DNA of 64,000 nucleotides from Escherichia coli (GCF_030384885.1 NZ_CP128613.1), one strand, 5' to 3'; positions 51,334 to 62,135 are shown, counted from the stretch's first letter. Notes: generated by a model from the sequence alone, not told the origin. Numbers and translations: made by a program.

Positions 51334-51879
51334 ATGATGATTTTGGTGACGGGGGGCGCACGGAGCGGGAAGAGTCGCCACGCAGAGGCGCTTATTGGGG
51401 ACTCTTCACAGGTTCTGTATATCGCCACCTCGCAAATCCTTGATGATGAGATGGCTGCACGGATAGAACATCATCGGCAAGGCCGCCCGGCTCACTGGCG
51501 CACAGTGGAGCGCTGGCAACATCTTGATGAATTAATTCATGCAGACATTAACCCGAATGAGGCTGTGTTGCTGGAATGCGTTACCACAATGGTGACTAAT
51601 CTGTTGTTTGATTATGGCGGCGATAAAGACCCTGATGAATGGGATTATCAGGCGATGGAACAGGCGATTAATGCTGAGATTCAGTCGTTGATTGCTGCCT
51701 GCCAACGTTGCCCCGCAAAGGTTGTATTAGTGACTAATGAAGTGGGAATGGGGATTGTGCCGGAGAGTCGTCTGGCACGACATTTTCGTGATATTGCCGG
51801 GCGGGTAAATCAGCAGCTGGCCGCTGCGGCAAATGAAGTATGGCTGGTGGTTTCGGGTATTGGAGTAAAAATCAAATGA
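51334..51879 (+). CDS. cobU: Adenosylcobinamide kinase / adenosylcobinamide-phosphate guanylyltransferase, 181 aa
   Basis: P-loop [12 protein letters not shown]; size; synteny with cobS-cobT. Confidence 0.95.
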   Translation: MMILVTGGARSGKSRHAEALIGDSSQVLYIATSQILDDEMAARIEHHRQGRPAHWRTVERWQHLDELIHADINPNEAVLLECVTTMVTNLLFDYGGDKDPDEWDYQAMEQAINAEIQSLIAACQRCPAKVVLVTNEVGMGIVPESRLARHFRDIAGRVNQQLAAAANEVWLVVSGIGVKIK

Positions 51880-52619
51880 GTAAATTATTTTGGGCGATGC
51901 TCTCATTTATTACGCGTCTGCCTGTACCGCGTCGCTGGTCCCAGGGACTGGATTTCGAGCATTATTCTCGCGGTATTATTACTTTTCCTTTAATTGGATT
52001 ATTGCTTGGCGCGATTAGCGGGCTGGTCTTCATGGTGCTGCAGGCATGGTGTGGCGTACCACTGGCGGCATTGTTTAGCGTACTTGTGCTGGCGCTGATG
52101 ACCGGGGGATTCCACCTGGACGGCCTCGCTGATACCTGTGATGGCGTATTTTCTGCACGTAGCCGCGATCGCATGTTGGAAATCATGCGTGATAGCCGTT
52201 TAGGCACCCACGGCGGTCTGGCATTGATTTTTGTTGTACTGGCAAAGATTCTGGTGTTAAGCGAGCTGGCTTTGCGTGGCGAACCGATCCTTGCATCGCT
52301 GGCGGCAGCATGTGCGGTCAGCCGTGGGACTGCCGCATTATTGATGTATCGTCATCGTTATGCCCGAGAAGAAGGGCTTGGCAATGTGTTCATTGGCAAA
52401 ATTGATGGGCGACAAACCTGCGTCACACTCGGTTTAGCCGCTATTTTTGCTGCCGTATTATTGCCAGGTATGCATGGTGTGGCTGCTATGGTGGTGACGA
52501 TGGTGGCGATTTTCATCCTCGGTCAGCTTCTCAAACGTACGCTGGGCGGGCAAACCGGCGATACGCTGGGAGCAGCCATAGAGCTTGGTGAACTGGTCTT
52601 CCTGCTGGCACTGCTATAA
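51876..52619 (+). CDS. cobS: Adenosylcobinamide-GDP ribazoletransferase (cobalamin synthase), 247 aa
   Basis: Polytopic membrane protein; start [11 protein letters not shown] overlapping cobU stop (atga). Confidence 0.95.
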   Translation: MSKLFWAMLSFITRLPVPRRWSQGLDFEHYSRGIITFPLIGLLLGAISGLVFMVLQAWCGVPLAALFSVLVLALMTGGFHLDGLADTCDGVFSARSRDRMLEIMRDSRLGTHGGLALIFVVLAKILVLSELALRGEPILASLAAACAVSRGTAALLMYRHRYAREEGLGNVFIGKIDGRQTCVTLGLAAIFAAVLLPGMHGVAAMVVTMVAIFILGQLLKRTLGGQTGDTLGAAIELGELVFLLALL

Positions 52620-52630
52620 AGAGACGTGAC

Positions 52631-53710
52631 ATGCAAACACTTGCCAATTTACTGAATACGATCCCTGCCATCGATCCTGCCGCTATGTCGCGTGCACAAC
52701 GGCATATTGACGGGTTACTCAAACCTGTTGGTAGCCTGGGAAGGCTGGAGGCGCTTGGCGTACAACTGGCGGGAATGCCGGGGTTGAATGGCATACCGCA
52801 TGTGGGCAAAAAAGCGGTACTGGTTATGTGTGCCGATCACGGCGTCTGGGAGGAAGGGGTCGCTATTTCCCCAAAAGAAGTGACAGCCATTCAGGCTGAA
52901 AATATGACCCGCGGAACAACCGGCGTGTGTGTGCTGGCAGCACAAGCGGGCGCTTACGTCCACGTAATTGATGTTGGTATTGATACTGCTGAGCCTATCC
53001 CCGGGCTTATCAACATGCGTGTCGCACGAGGTAGCGGCAATATTGCTTCAGCTCCGGCAATGAGTCGCCGTCAGGCTGAAACGTTGCTTTTGGACGTCAT
53101 ATGCTATACGCGGGAGCTGGCAAAAAACGGTGTCACGCTGTTTGGTGTAGGTGAACTGGGGATGGCAAACACGACACCGGCAGCGGCGATAGTGAGCACA
53201 ATCACTGGCCGGGATCCTGAAGAAGTGGTTGGGATTGGCGCAAACCTGCCGACAGATAAACTGGCTAATAAAATTGATGTTGTGCGACGGGCGATTACGT
53301 TGAATCAACCAAATCCGCAGGATGGCGTTGATGTCCTGGCAAAAGTGGGTGGATTTGATTTGGTCGGAATGGCTGCCGTGATGTTAGGCGCTGCGTCCTG
53401 CGGTTTACCGGTGTTGCTGGATGGATTTCTTTCTTATGCTGCCGCGCTCGCAGCCTGCCAGATGTCTCCTGCAATCAAACCGTATCTCATTCCTTCTCAC
53501 CTGTCGGCAGAAAAAGGGGCGCGTATAGCGTTGTCGCATTTGGGGCTGGAGCCTTATCTCAATATGGATATGCGTTTAGGTGAGGGAAGTGGCGCAGCTC
53601 TGGCGATGCCCATCATCGAAGCTGCCTGTGCGATATACAACAGCATGGGCGAACTTGCTGCCAGTAATATTGTTCTACCGGGGAATACGACTTCTGATTT
53701 GAACAGTTAA
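52631..53710 (+). CDS. cobT: Nicotinate-nucleotide:dimethylbenzimidazole phosphoribosyltransferase, 359 aa
   Basis: Size and synteny; CobT family sequence. Confidence 0.95.
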   Translation: MQTLANLLNTIPAIDPAAMSRAQRHIDGLLKPVGSLGRLEALGVQLAGMPGLNGIPHVGKKAVLVMCADHGVWEEGVAISPKEVTAIQAENMTRGTTGVCVLAAQAGAYVHVIDVGIDTAEPIPGLINMRVARGSGNIASAPAMSRRQAETLLLDVICYTRELAKNGVTLFGVGELGMANTTPAAAIVSTITGRDPEEVVGIGANLPTDKLANKIDVVRRAITLNQPNPQDGVDVLAKVGGFDLVGMAAVMLGAASCGLPVLLDGFLSYAAALAACQMSPAIKPYLIPSHLSAEKGARIALSHLGLEPYLNMDMRLGEGSGAALAMPIIEAACAIYNSMGELAASNIVLPGNTTSDLNS

Positions 53711-53774
53711 AAACGAAAAGTCTGATAAAAGCTATACTTATCGGATAGTATTCGCGACTTAGGAAAGGGACATG

Positions 53775-54707
53775 ATGCGTCGTGTAAATATTTTTTGCTC
53801 ATTTGCTCTACTTTTTGCCAGCCATAATAGCCTGGCGGTAACTTATCCATTACCTCCAGAGGGTAGCCGTTTAGTGGGACAGTCGCTTACTGTAACTGTT
53901 CCTGATCACAATACCCACCCGCTGGAGACTTTTGCCGCACAATACGGGCAAGGGTTAAGTAACATGCTGGAAGCGAATCCGGGCGCTGATGTTTTCTTGC
54001 CGAGGTCAGGCTCGCAACTCACCATTCCGCAGCAACTAATTTTGCCCGCCACTGCTCGTAAAGGGATTGTGATTAACGTCGCTGAGATGCGTCTTTATTA
54101 CTACCCTCCAGACAGTAATACTGTGGAAGTCTTTCCTATTGGTATCGGCCAGGCTGGGCGAGAAACCCCGCGTAACTGGGTGACTACCGTTAAACGTAAA
54201 CAAGAAGCACCAACCTGGACGCCAACGCCGAACACCCGGCGCGAATATGCGAAACGAGGGGAGAGTTTGCCCGCATTTGTTCCTGCGGGGCCTGATAATC
54301 CCATGGGGCTGTACGCGATTTATATTGGCAGGCTATATGCCATCCACGGTACCAATGCCAATTTTGGTATTGGGCTCCGGGTAAGTCAGGGCTGTATTCG
54401 TCTGCGCAATGACGATATCAAATATCTGTTTGATAATGTTCCTGTAGGTACTCGTGTACAAATTATTGATCAGCCAGTGAAATACACAACGGAACCGGAT
54501 GGATCAAAGTGGCTGGAAGTTCATGAGCCGCTGTCGCGCAACCGTGCGGAATATGAGTCAGACCGAAAAGTGCCTTTGCCAGTAACGCCATCTTTGCGGG
54601 CGTTTATCAACGGGCAAGAAGTTGATGTGAATCGCGCAAATGCTGCATTGCAGCGCCGATCAGGAATGCCTGTGCAAATTAGTTCTGGTTCAAGACAGAT
54701 GTTTTAA
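53775..54707 (+). CDS. ldtA: L,D-transpeptidase ErfK (LdtA), 310 aa
   Basis: Signal peptide, YkuD domain with catalytic motif [20 protein letters not shown]. Confidence 0.9.
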   Translation: MRRVNIFCSFALLFASHNSLAVTYPLPPEGSRLVGQSLTVTVPDHNTHPLETFAAQYGQGLSNMLEANPGADVFLPRSGSQLTIPQQLILPATARKGIVINVAEMRLYYYPPDSNTVEVFPIGIGQAGRETPRNWVTTVKRKQEAPTWTPTPNTRREYAKRGESLPAFVPAGPDNPMGLYAIYIGRLYAIHGTNANFGIGLRVSQGCIRLRNDDIKYLFDNVPVGTRVQIIDQPVKYTTEPDGSKWLEVHEPLSRNRAEYESDRKVPLPVTPSLRAFINGQEVDVNRANAALQRRSGMPVQISSGSRQMF

Positions 54708-54730
54708 GAGCGTTGTTAATTAGAAAGCAA

Positions 54731-54757
54731 AAAGCCTTCTCGAAAGCAGGCTTTTTT
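54731..54757. terminator. Terminator hairpin between erfK and tRNA-Asn
   Basis: aagcct-tctcgaaagc-aggctt followed by tttt. Confidence 0.7.
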
Positions 54758-54762
54758 GAATT

Positions 54763-54838
54763 TGGCTCCTCTGACTGGACTCGAACCAGTGACATACGGA
54801 TTAACAGTCCGCCGTTCTACCGACTGAACTACAGAGGA
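54763..54838 (-). tRNA. asnV: tRNA-Asn (anticodon GUU)
   Basis: 76-nt exact match to E. coli tRNA-Asn (TCCTCTGTAGTTCAGTCGGTAGAACGGCGGACTGTTAATCCGTATGTCACTGGTTCGAGTCCAGTCAGAGGAGCCA) on - strand. Confidence 0.97.
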
Positions 54839-55093
54839 ATCGTGTGAACGGGGCGCATATTAATGGCAGTGCATGGTGATGTCAAAGGGTGAAATGCATT
54901 TTTTTGTTTGTTTGCTGTCAATTTCAACAAAGTGGTGAGCTTTCAATCTTATTGGGTAATGAACCATCGTGGTGCATACCCTCCTTTTATAGGGCAGGGG
55001 AACGCGACAGCTGATTAAAGGAGCCAATGACGAATCTATCATAATCTCTTATTTGACAGTTGCTTAGCTTGTACATCAACGCCAAAATAAAAC

Positions 55094-55109
55094 TGGCAAG
55101 CATCTTGCA
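55094..55109 (+). promoter_or_regulatory. Sigma-54 (-24/-12) promoter of nac
   Basis: tGGcaagcatctTGCa about 55 nt upstream of the nac start; possible NtrC half-site cgtggtgcata near 54965. Confidence 0.7.
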
Positions 55110-55164
55110 CTCTGGTTGTAAGTAATGGCGGCACTTGGGCCGATTCTTAAACACCGGAGGCAAC

Positions 55165-56082
55165 ATGAACTTCAGACGCTTGAAATACTTCGTAAAAATT
55201 GTAGATATTGGTAGCCTGACCCAGGCTGCTGAAGTATTGCATATCGCACAACCAGCGCTCAGTCAGCAGGTTGCCACACTGGAAGGTGAGTTAAATCAAC
55301 AACTTTTGATTCGCACAAAACGGGGCGTTACGCCAACTGACGCCGGAAAAATTCTCTATACCCATGCGCGGGCCATTTTACGTCAGTGTGAGCAGGCCCA
55401 ACTGGCGGTGCATAACGTTGGTCAGGCATTATCGGGGCAAGTCTCGATTGGCTTTGCGCCAGGAACCGCTGCGTCATCCATCACCATGCCTTTATTGCAG
55501 GCGGTTCGCGCTGAATTCCCGGAAATTGTTATTTATCTCCATGAAAATAGCGGTGCTGTGCTCAACGAAAAACTGATAAGCCACCAACTCGATATGGCAG
55601 TGATTTATGAGCATTCTCCTGTGGCTGGTGTTTCCAGTCAGGCTTTGCTGAAAGAAGATCTTTTCCTGGTAGGAACGCAAGATTGTCCGGGGCAAAGCGT
55701 TGATGTTAATGCTATAGCACAAATGAACCTCTTTCTCCCCAGCGATTACAGTGCCGTTAGACTTCGTGTTGATGAGGCTTTTTCCCTACGGCGGCTTACA
55801 GCAAAAGTTATTGGGGAAATTGAGTCTATTGCCACGCTTACCGCAGCAATTGCCAGCGGCATGGGCGTTGCAGTCTTACCCGAATCGGCCGCGCGTTCGT
55901 TATGTGGCGCAGTAAACGGATGGATGTCACGCATTACCACACCTTCAATGAGTCTCTCTTTGTCATTAAATTTACCCGCCAGAGCGAACTTATCACCACA
56001 GGCGCAAGCAGTGAAAGAGTTGTTAATGTCAGTGATGAGTTCTCCAGTGATGGAAAAAAGGCAGTGGCAATTGGTGAGCTAA
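55165..56082 (+). CDS. nac: Nitrogen assimilation control protein Nac (LysR family), 305 aa
   Basis: MNFRRLKYFVKIVDIGSLTQAAEVLHIAQPALSQQVATLE N-terminus; start set to M11 of the ORF. Confidence 0.92.
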   Translation: MNFRRLKYFVKIVDIGSLTQAAEVLHIAQPALSQQVATLEGELNQQLLIRTKRGVTPTDAGKILYTHARAILRQCEQAQLAVHNVGQALSGQVSIGFAPGTAASSITMPLLQAVRAEFPEIVIYLHENSGAVLNEKLISHQLDMAVIYEHSPVAGVSSQALLKEDLFLVGTQDCPGQSVDVNAIAQMNLFLPSDYSAVRLRVDEAFSLRRLTAKVIGEIESIATLTAAIASGMGVAVLPESAARSLCGAVNGWMSRITTPSMSLSLSLNLPARANLSPQAQAVKELLMSVMSSPVMEKRQWQLVS

Positions 56083-56183
56083 GCGTTATATCGGGATGGA
56101 ATAAGATGCGGGTTTTTATTATTTGTTATGCCGGGCATTAAACTTTAACAATAACGTGATATCTGAACTGCCCGGAGTTTACC

Positions 56184-57134
56184 GTGAATTTCCAACAACT
56201 AAAGATAATCCGCGAGGCTGCACGTCAGGATTACAACCTGACAGAGGTTGCGAATATGCTTTTTACCTCACAGTCAGGCGTCAGCCGTCACATTCGGGAA
56301 CTGGAGGATGAACTTGGCATCGAAATATTTGTTCGACGAGGTAAGCGACTGCTGGGCATGACTGAACCGGGCAAAGCATTACTGGTCATTGCAGAACGTA
56401 TTCTGAATGAAGCCAGTAATGTTCGTCGGCTTGCAGACCTGTTTACCAACGATACGTCTGGCGTTCTCACTATTGCAACGACGCATACTCAGGCACGTTA
56501 TAGCTTGCCTGAGGTCATTAAAGCTTTTCGCGAACTTTTCCCGGAGGTTCGGCTGGAGCTAATCCAGGGGACGCCACAGGAAATTGCAACTTTGTTGCAA
56601 AATGGCGAAGCTGATATTGGTATCGCCAGCGAGCGTTTAAGTAATGACCCGCAGCTCGTCGCCTTCCCGTGGTTTCGTTGGCACCATAGTTTGCTTGTTC
56701 CACTCGATCATCCCTTGACGCAAATTATACCGTTGACGCTGGAATCAATAGCGAAGTGGCCGTTAATCACTTACCGACAGGGGATTACGGGGCGCTCACG
56801 TATTGATGACGCATTTGTCCGCAAAGGTTTGCTGGCAGATATTGTATTAAGTGCGCAGGATTCTGATGTCATTAAAACCTATGTTGCACTCGGGCTGGGG
56901 ATTGGATTAGTTGCCGAACAATCCAGCGGTGAACAAGAGGAAAAGAATTTAATCCGTCTGGATACGCGGCATCTTTTCGATGCTAATACTGTCTGGTTGG
57001 GACTCAAGCGAGGACAACTTCAGCGTAACTATGTCTGGCGCTTTCTGGAACTTTGTAATGCAGGACTGTCAGTTGAGGATATCAAGCGCCAGGTGATGGA
57101 GAACAGTGAAGAGGAAATTGATTATCAGATATAG
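56184..57134 (+). CDS. cbl: CysB-like sulfur-starvation regulator Cbl (LysR family), 316 aa
   Basis: MNFQQLKIIREAARQDYNLTEVANMLFTSQSGVSRHIRELE N-terminus; follows nac. Confidence 0.9.
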   Translation: MNFQQLKIIREAARQDYNLTEVANMLFTSQSGVSRHIRELEDELGIEIFVRRGKRLLGMTEPGKALLVIAERILNEASNVRRLADLFTNDTSGVLTIATTHTQARYSLPEVIKAFRELFPEVRLELIQGTPQEIATLLQNGEADIGIASERLSNDPQLVAFPWFRWHHSLLVPLDHPLTQIIPLTLESIAKWPLITYRQGITGRSRIDDAFVRKGLLADIVLSAQDSDVIKTYVALGLGIGLVAEQSSGEQEEKNLIRLDTRHLFDANTVWLGLKRGQLQRNYVWRFLELCNAGLSVEDIKRQVMENSEEEIDYQI

Positions 57135-57135
57135 C

Positions 57136-57164
57136 AAAAAGCCCGCTATAAAAGCGGGCTTTTC
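57136..57164 (+). terminator. Rho-independent terminator after cbl
   Basis: aaaaagcccgctataaaagcgggcttttc. Confidence 0.75.
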
Positions 57165-57171
57165 AGAAATT

Positions 57172-57247
57172 TGGCTCCTCTGACTGGACTCGAACCAGTG
57201 ACATACGGATTAACAGTCCGCCGTTCTACCGACTGAACTACAGAGGA
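57172..57247 (-). tRNA. asnU: tRNA-Asn (anticodon GUU)
   Basis: Identical 76-nt tRNA-Asn sequence on - strand. Confidence 0.97.
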
Positions 57248-57254
57248 ATCGCTG

Positions 57255-58895
57255 TTGAGGCACATCTTAACGGCGAAAAATTTTTTGTCAAACCCGATTT
57301 TTAAATTCCTCAACTGTTTGCCGTTTCTATCAACAGTTTGTTGCATTTGCAGACAATTTGTCGGCAAAAATCTTTGCAGCTTTGCTGATTCTCCCTCATC
57401 ATTTGAAATGTGGTTTCACTTTTTGCAATTAAGGTCGGCTTTGAATATCTCCTCTGCTTTACGCCAGGTTGTTCACGGCACTCGCTGGCACGCCAAACGC
57501 AAGAGTTACAAAGTGTTGTTCTGGCGCGAGATAACCCCGCTTGCTGTTCCTATCTTCATGGAGAACGCCTGTGTCCTGTTGATGGGTGTCCTGAGCACTT
57601 TTCTGGTCAGCTGGCTGGGAAAAGATGCGATGGCCGGCGTGGGATTGGCGGACAGCTTCAATATGGTCATTATGGCTTTTTTTGCAGCTATCGATCTTGG
57701 TACTACTGTCGTTGTGGCATTTAGTCTCGGTAAGCGGGATCGACGACGAGCGAGGGTGGCGACGCGACAGTCATTGGTGATCATGACGTTGTTTGCCGTA
57801 CTGTTGGCAACGCTTATTCATCATTTTGGCGAACAAATTATTGATTTCGTCGCGGGTGATGCCACGACAGAAGTTAAAGCACTGGCGTTGACTTATCTGG
57901 AGCTGACGGTACTCAGTTATCCAGCAGCTGCCATCACTTTGATTGGTAGCGGGGCACTTCGTGGTGCAGGGAATACGAAAATACCGCTACTGATTAACGG
58001 TAGCCTGAATATTCTTAATATTATTATTAGCGGCATATTGATTTACGGCCTTTTCTCCTGGCCGGGACTGGGATTTGTCGGGGCTGGGTTGGGGTTAACC
58101 ATTTCTCGTTATATTGGCGCAGTGGCAATTTTGTGGGTGCTGGCGATTGGTTTTAATCCTGCGCTAAGGATTTCGTTAAAGAGCTATTTTAAACCGCTGA
58201 ATTTTAGCATTATCTGGGAAGTCATGGGGATTGGTATTCCAGCGAGTGTCGAATCAGTGTTATTTACCAGTGGTCGGTTATTAACCCAAATGTTCGTTGC
58301 CGGGATGGGGACCAGTGTTATTGCCGGGAATTTTATCGCGTTTTCAATTGCGGCTCTTATCAACTTACCCGGAAGTGCGCTCGGCTCTGCTTCTACGATC
58401 ATTACAGGCCGAAGGTTGGGGGTAGGGCAGATAGCGCAAGCAGAGATTCAGTTGCGGCATGTGTTCTGGCTGTCCACTCTTGGATTAACGGCCATCGCCT
58501 GGCTAACGGCTCCCTTTGCTGGGGTTATGGCATCGTTTTACACCCAGGATCCACAGGTTAAACATGTCGTTGTGATTCTGATTTGGCTAAATGCTTTATT
58601 TATGCCTATTTGGTCTGCCTCATGGGTGCTACCCGCTGGATTTAAGGGTGCTCGCGATGCCCGTTACGCCATGTGGGTTTCTATGTTGAGCATGTGGGGT
58701 TGCCGGGTTGTAGTCGGTTATGTGCTGGGAATCATGCTTGGCTGGGGTGTGGTTGGTGTCTGGATGGGAATGTTTGCCGACTGGGCTGTGCGGGCCGTGC
58801 TGTTTTACTGGCGCATGGTTACTGGACGTTGGCTGTGGAAATACCCTAGATCTGAGCCGCAAAAGTGTGAAAAAAAGCCAGTTGTGTTGAAATAA
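57255..58895 (+). CDS. yeeO: MATE-family efflux transporter YeeO (true start probably downstream of 57255)
   Basis: 12-TM MATE-like sequence; ORF as drawn begins 8 nt from the tRNA-Asn 5' end, so the first ~50-100 codons are doubtful. Confidence 0.8.
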   Translation: MRHILTAKNFLSNPIFKFLNCLPFLSTVCCICRQFVGKNLCSFADSPSSFEMWFHFLQLRSALNISSALRQVVHGTRWHAKRKSYKVLFWREITPLAVPIFMENACVLLMGVLSTFLVSWLGKDAMAGVGLADSFNMVIMAFFAAIDLGTTVVVAFSLGKRDRRRARVATRQSLVIMTLFAVLLATLIHHFGEQIIDFVAGDATTEVKALALTYLELTVLSYPAAAITLIGSGALRGAGNTKIPLLINGSLNILNIIISGILIYGLFSWPGLGFVGAGLGLTISRYIGAVAILWVLAIGFNPALRISLKSYFKPLNFSIIWEVMGIGIPASVESVLFTSGRLLTQMFVAGMGTSVIAGNFIAFSIAALINLPGSALGSASTIITGRRLGVGQIAQAEIQLRHVFWLSTLGLTAIAWLTAPFAGVMASFYTQDPQVKHVVVILIWLNALFMPIWSASWVLPAGFKGARDARYAMWVSMLSMWGCRVVVGYVLGIMLGWGVVGVWMGMFADWAVRAVLFYWRMVTGRWLWKYPRSEPQKCEKKPVVLK

Positions 58896-58995
58896 ACGAC
58901 AAAGTGCAGATTATTTCAGCAAACGATTTCAAATTTAAAAAACAGGCTTTGACATTGTGGATGGGCGTCGCTAATATTCGCCTCGTTCTCACGAT

Positions 58996-59071
58996 TCCTC
59001 TGTAGTTCAGTCGGTAGAACGGCGGACTGTTAATCCGTATGTCACTGGTTCGAGTCCAGTCAGAGGAGCCA
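58996..59071 (+). tRNA. asnW: tRNA-Asn (anticodon GUU)
   Basis: Identical 76-nt tRNA-Asn sequence on + strand ending CCA at 59069-59071. Confidence 0.97.
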
Positions 59072-59521
59072 AATTTTAGTTTTGAGACATCTCTATGAGT
59101 CTCAAGACAGTTAAAAAATAAAAATTATTTTTACCCGGTTATCTTGTAAAAAAGTGACTGGGTTTTTTGATTTCTGTGTTTTGTGCGCTTAATCGAGTCT
59201 CACGCTTCAGTGAGCAAATTGCCCCCCAACAGACATCACGATTCGCAAGGTCAAAAAATTCGTTCTGTGAAGTACCGTACAAAGGTATAGAGAAAAATGC
59301 CTTATGCGGGATGTTGCTGTCGCGTTTTTATCGGGAAACTAAACGTAATTGCCACTTTGTCTTCTGTAATCAGAAAAAGAAAACCTGGAATTTTAATAAA
59401 TATTATTTCTCTGGGACCGGTATTTTTATAATCAATATGACGAGTTGAATATTATATTTATTATAAGATTTATATGAAATTAAAGAAATCTGCCATAAAG
59501 ACAGATTTCTTTAAAATATAA

Positions 59522-60238
59522 TTAGAGATTTGCGACGTTATGATAAACTTTTTGAACATCGTCGTCATCTTCAAGGGCATCAACAAGCCCTTCAAAGATT
59601 TCTAAATCTTCTGGGGAAAGCTCAACTTCAGATTGAGCAATCATTTCTAATTCTGTTGTTGAGAACTCAGTGATTCCAGCTGCTTTTAGAGCCGCGATTC
59701 CTTTATGAAGGTCAGTAGGTTCAGTATAAATAACAATATTACCTTCTTCTTCAGTTACATCACGAACATCAACTTCAGCTTCAAGTAAAATTTCAAAAAT
59801 ATGGTCCGGGTCTGTACCTTTAAATACAATCACACCCGTATTGTCAAACATATAGCTGACAGAACCTGCCGCTCCGATATTGCCGCCTTTTTTATTGAAA
59901 ATTGTGCGAACGTTAGCAATCGTACGGTTAACATTTGAAGTCAAGGTTTCAGCGATAATCATTGAGCCATTAGGACCAAAGCCTTCATAACGGCCCTGCA
60001 CGAACGTTTCATCTCCGCCGCCTTTGGCTTTATCAATTGCTTTATCAATAACGTGCTTTGGAACTTGTGCCTGCTTCGCACGTTCAATAACGAATTTTAA
60101 AGATGTGTTTAATTCTGGATCGGGTTCACCTTGTTTGGCAGCAGCATAGATTTCTACACCGAATTTTGCATAAATTTTAGACGTTGCACCGTCTTTAGCC
60201 GTTTTTTTAGCAACAATATTGGCCCATTTACGTCCCAC
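59522..60238 (-). CDS. yeeN: YebC/PmpR-family transcriptional regulator YeeN, 238 aa
   Basis: YebC-family sequence ([27 protein letters not shown]…); notably AT-rich codon usage. Confidence 0.88.
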
Positions 60239-60579
60239 TGGAATGATCTCCTCGAAAATTTATTTACATTACTGGTAAATCGTTAACATGCGTTAATTCG
60301 GCATATTATATCATAACAGGAAAAATCTCGTCTATTAGAAATAAAAATATTCTAAATCCATAATCTTATATTTAATCTCATAAAAACTAATGTTGTTGGC
60401 GGATTTTTTTATAATTGTGTTTTGAAAGCATACTTGCTTTTAATATATGGAAATCATTAAGGCTATAATAAATCTCGTATCCGCCCCAGGAAGCAAACAG
60501 CCTGCTTTATTGCAGGCTATTTGCTGGATGACTTACTAAATCCTTCACATCTATTCCTGATAAAAAGGAACAGAACTTA

Positions 60580-62034
60580 TTACCGGAACGGCGGTTCATT
60601 AAAGGTTCGTAATTTACGTGAATGCAGTCGGTCGCCTTCTGCGCGCAGCAAATCGATCGCACGAATGCCAATTTGCAGGTGTTCGGAAATAGCGCCTTCA
60701 TAAAAACGGTTAGCCTGACCGGGAAGTTTAATCTCACCATGCAACGGTTTATCTGAAACACACAGTAGTGTCCCGTATGGCACGCGGAAACGATATCCTT
60801 GCGCGGCAATGGTTGCACTTTCCATATCAATTGCCACGGCACGGCTTAAGTTAAAACGAAGTGCAGAAGCTGAGTAACGTAATTCCCAGTTCCTGTCATC
60901 TGTGGTTACCACAGTGCCAGTACGTAGCCGCTGTTTAACTTCCTCTCCGGGCCTGCCGCTGACTAACTTGGTAGCGTCATAAAGCGCACGTTGCACTTCA
61001 GCAATGCTCGGAATAGGAATATCGGGCGGCAGTACCGCATCAAGAACGTGGTCATCGCGTAAATAAGCGTGTGCAAGTACATAATCTCCAATGGCCTGGC
61101 TTTCACGTAAGCCACCACAGTGACCAATCATCAACCAGACATCCGGGCGCAGCACCGCCAGATGATCGCAGATGGTTTTAGCATTTGACGGTCCCACGCC
61201 AATATTCACCAGAGTAATACCCTGACCATCGGCGGTAATTAAATGCCATGCAGGCATCTGATGTTTTTTCCATGCAAGGTCGGAAATGGCTTCTTCTGGC
61301 GCTTCGGTTTCGGCGGTGATCCAGTTCCCGCCAGCACAAGAAAGGGCAATGTAGGGACTATCAGGGTCGAGGATCTGGCTGCATCCCCAACGAACGAATT
61401 CATCCACATAACGTGTGTAGTTGGTAAACAAGACGAACGGCTGAAAATGTTCAACTGGCGTACCGGTATAATGGCGCAACCGTGCGAGGGAAAAATCAAC
61501 CCGGCGCGCATCAAAATGAGATAGCGGGGAGAATTCCGTTGGATGATAAATGCCGTCTGCAGTTTCATCGCCAATTTGCGCCAGTTCTGTTGTCGGGAAG
61601 TAGCGAGTTAATCCAGCGCTCATTGAGCGATCAAGTGTCAATTCAGAGCCATCGATGACATAAGGATAAGGGATTTCATGTTGCGAGGGTTGCACAGAAA
61701 TATGCGCACCATAATCCTGATAAAGCAACGTTAGTTGCTCATTCAGGTACGAACGAAAGAGAGTAGGGCGAGTAATCGTGGTGGTGTAGCTGCCTGCGTG
61801 AGTAAAACGACCAAATGCGCGCGTTTTGGGGGGATTTGTTGTGCTACCGTCCCAGGTTACGGTCAGTTATGGATAGACAAAAAGACCTTCTTTACGGGCA
61901 TTTTCATCAGGTAATTCGCCACTTTTAATATAGTTGCCAATGGCATTGCGTAAAGCGACTACAGATTGCTCATACAGCGCGTCGAGTTTTTCCAGTGCCT
62001 GAGCTGGGGTCAGACCGGAGCCCTTATTATTCAT
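60580..62034 (-). pseudogene. amn: AMP nucleosidase gene interrupted by an in-frame TAA at codon 56 (61867-61869)
   Basis: Two track ORFs (61867-62190 and 60580-61728) are in the same frame; from ATG at 62032-62034 to stop at 60580 is 484 codons, the full Amn length, with one TAA (plus-strand tta) interrupting. Confidence 0.8.
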
Positions 62035-62135
62035 GTGTGTCTCCTGTTCCATACAATTACCGCACTTCCGATAGTATGTCACAGGAATGTGAAACAAAAG
62101 TGTAAGGCGAAGATCGGATGATCTTCGCCTGACTA

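Noticed and set aside
55135-57134. Two tandem LysR-type regulators as a possible local gene duplication
   Set aside because: Their sequences are distinct and match Nac and Cbl respectively; they are the known nac-cbl pair.
54763-59071. Genomic or pathogenicity island integrated at tRNA-Asn
   Set aside because: No integrase, no large insertion and no att duplication adjacent to any of the three copies.
59167-59448. 93-aa ORF in the AT-rich spacer downstream of tRNA-Asn
   Set aside because: No RBS, low-complexity AT-rich translation, no recognisable domain; probably non-coding.
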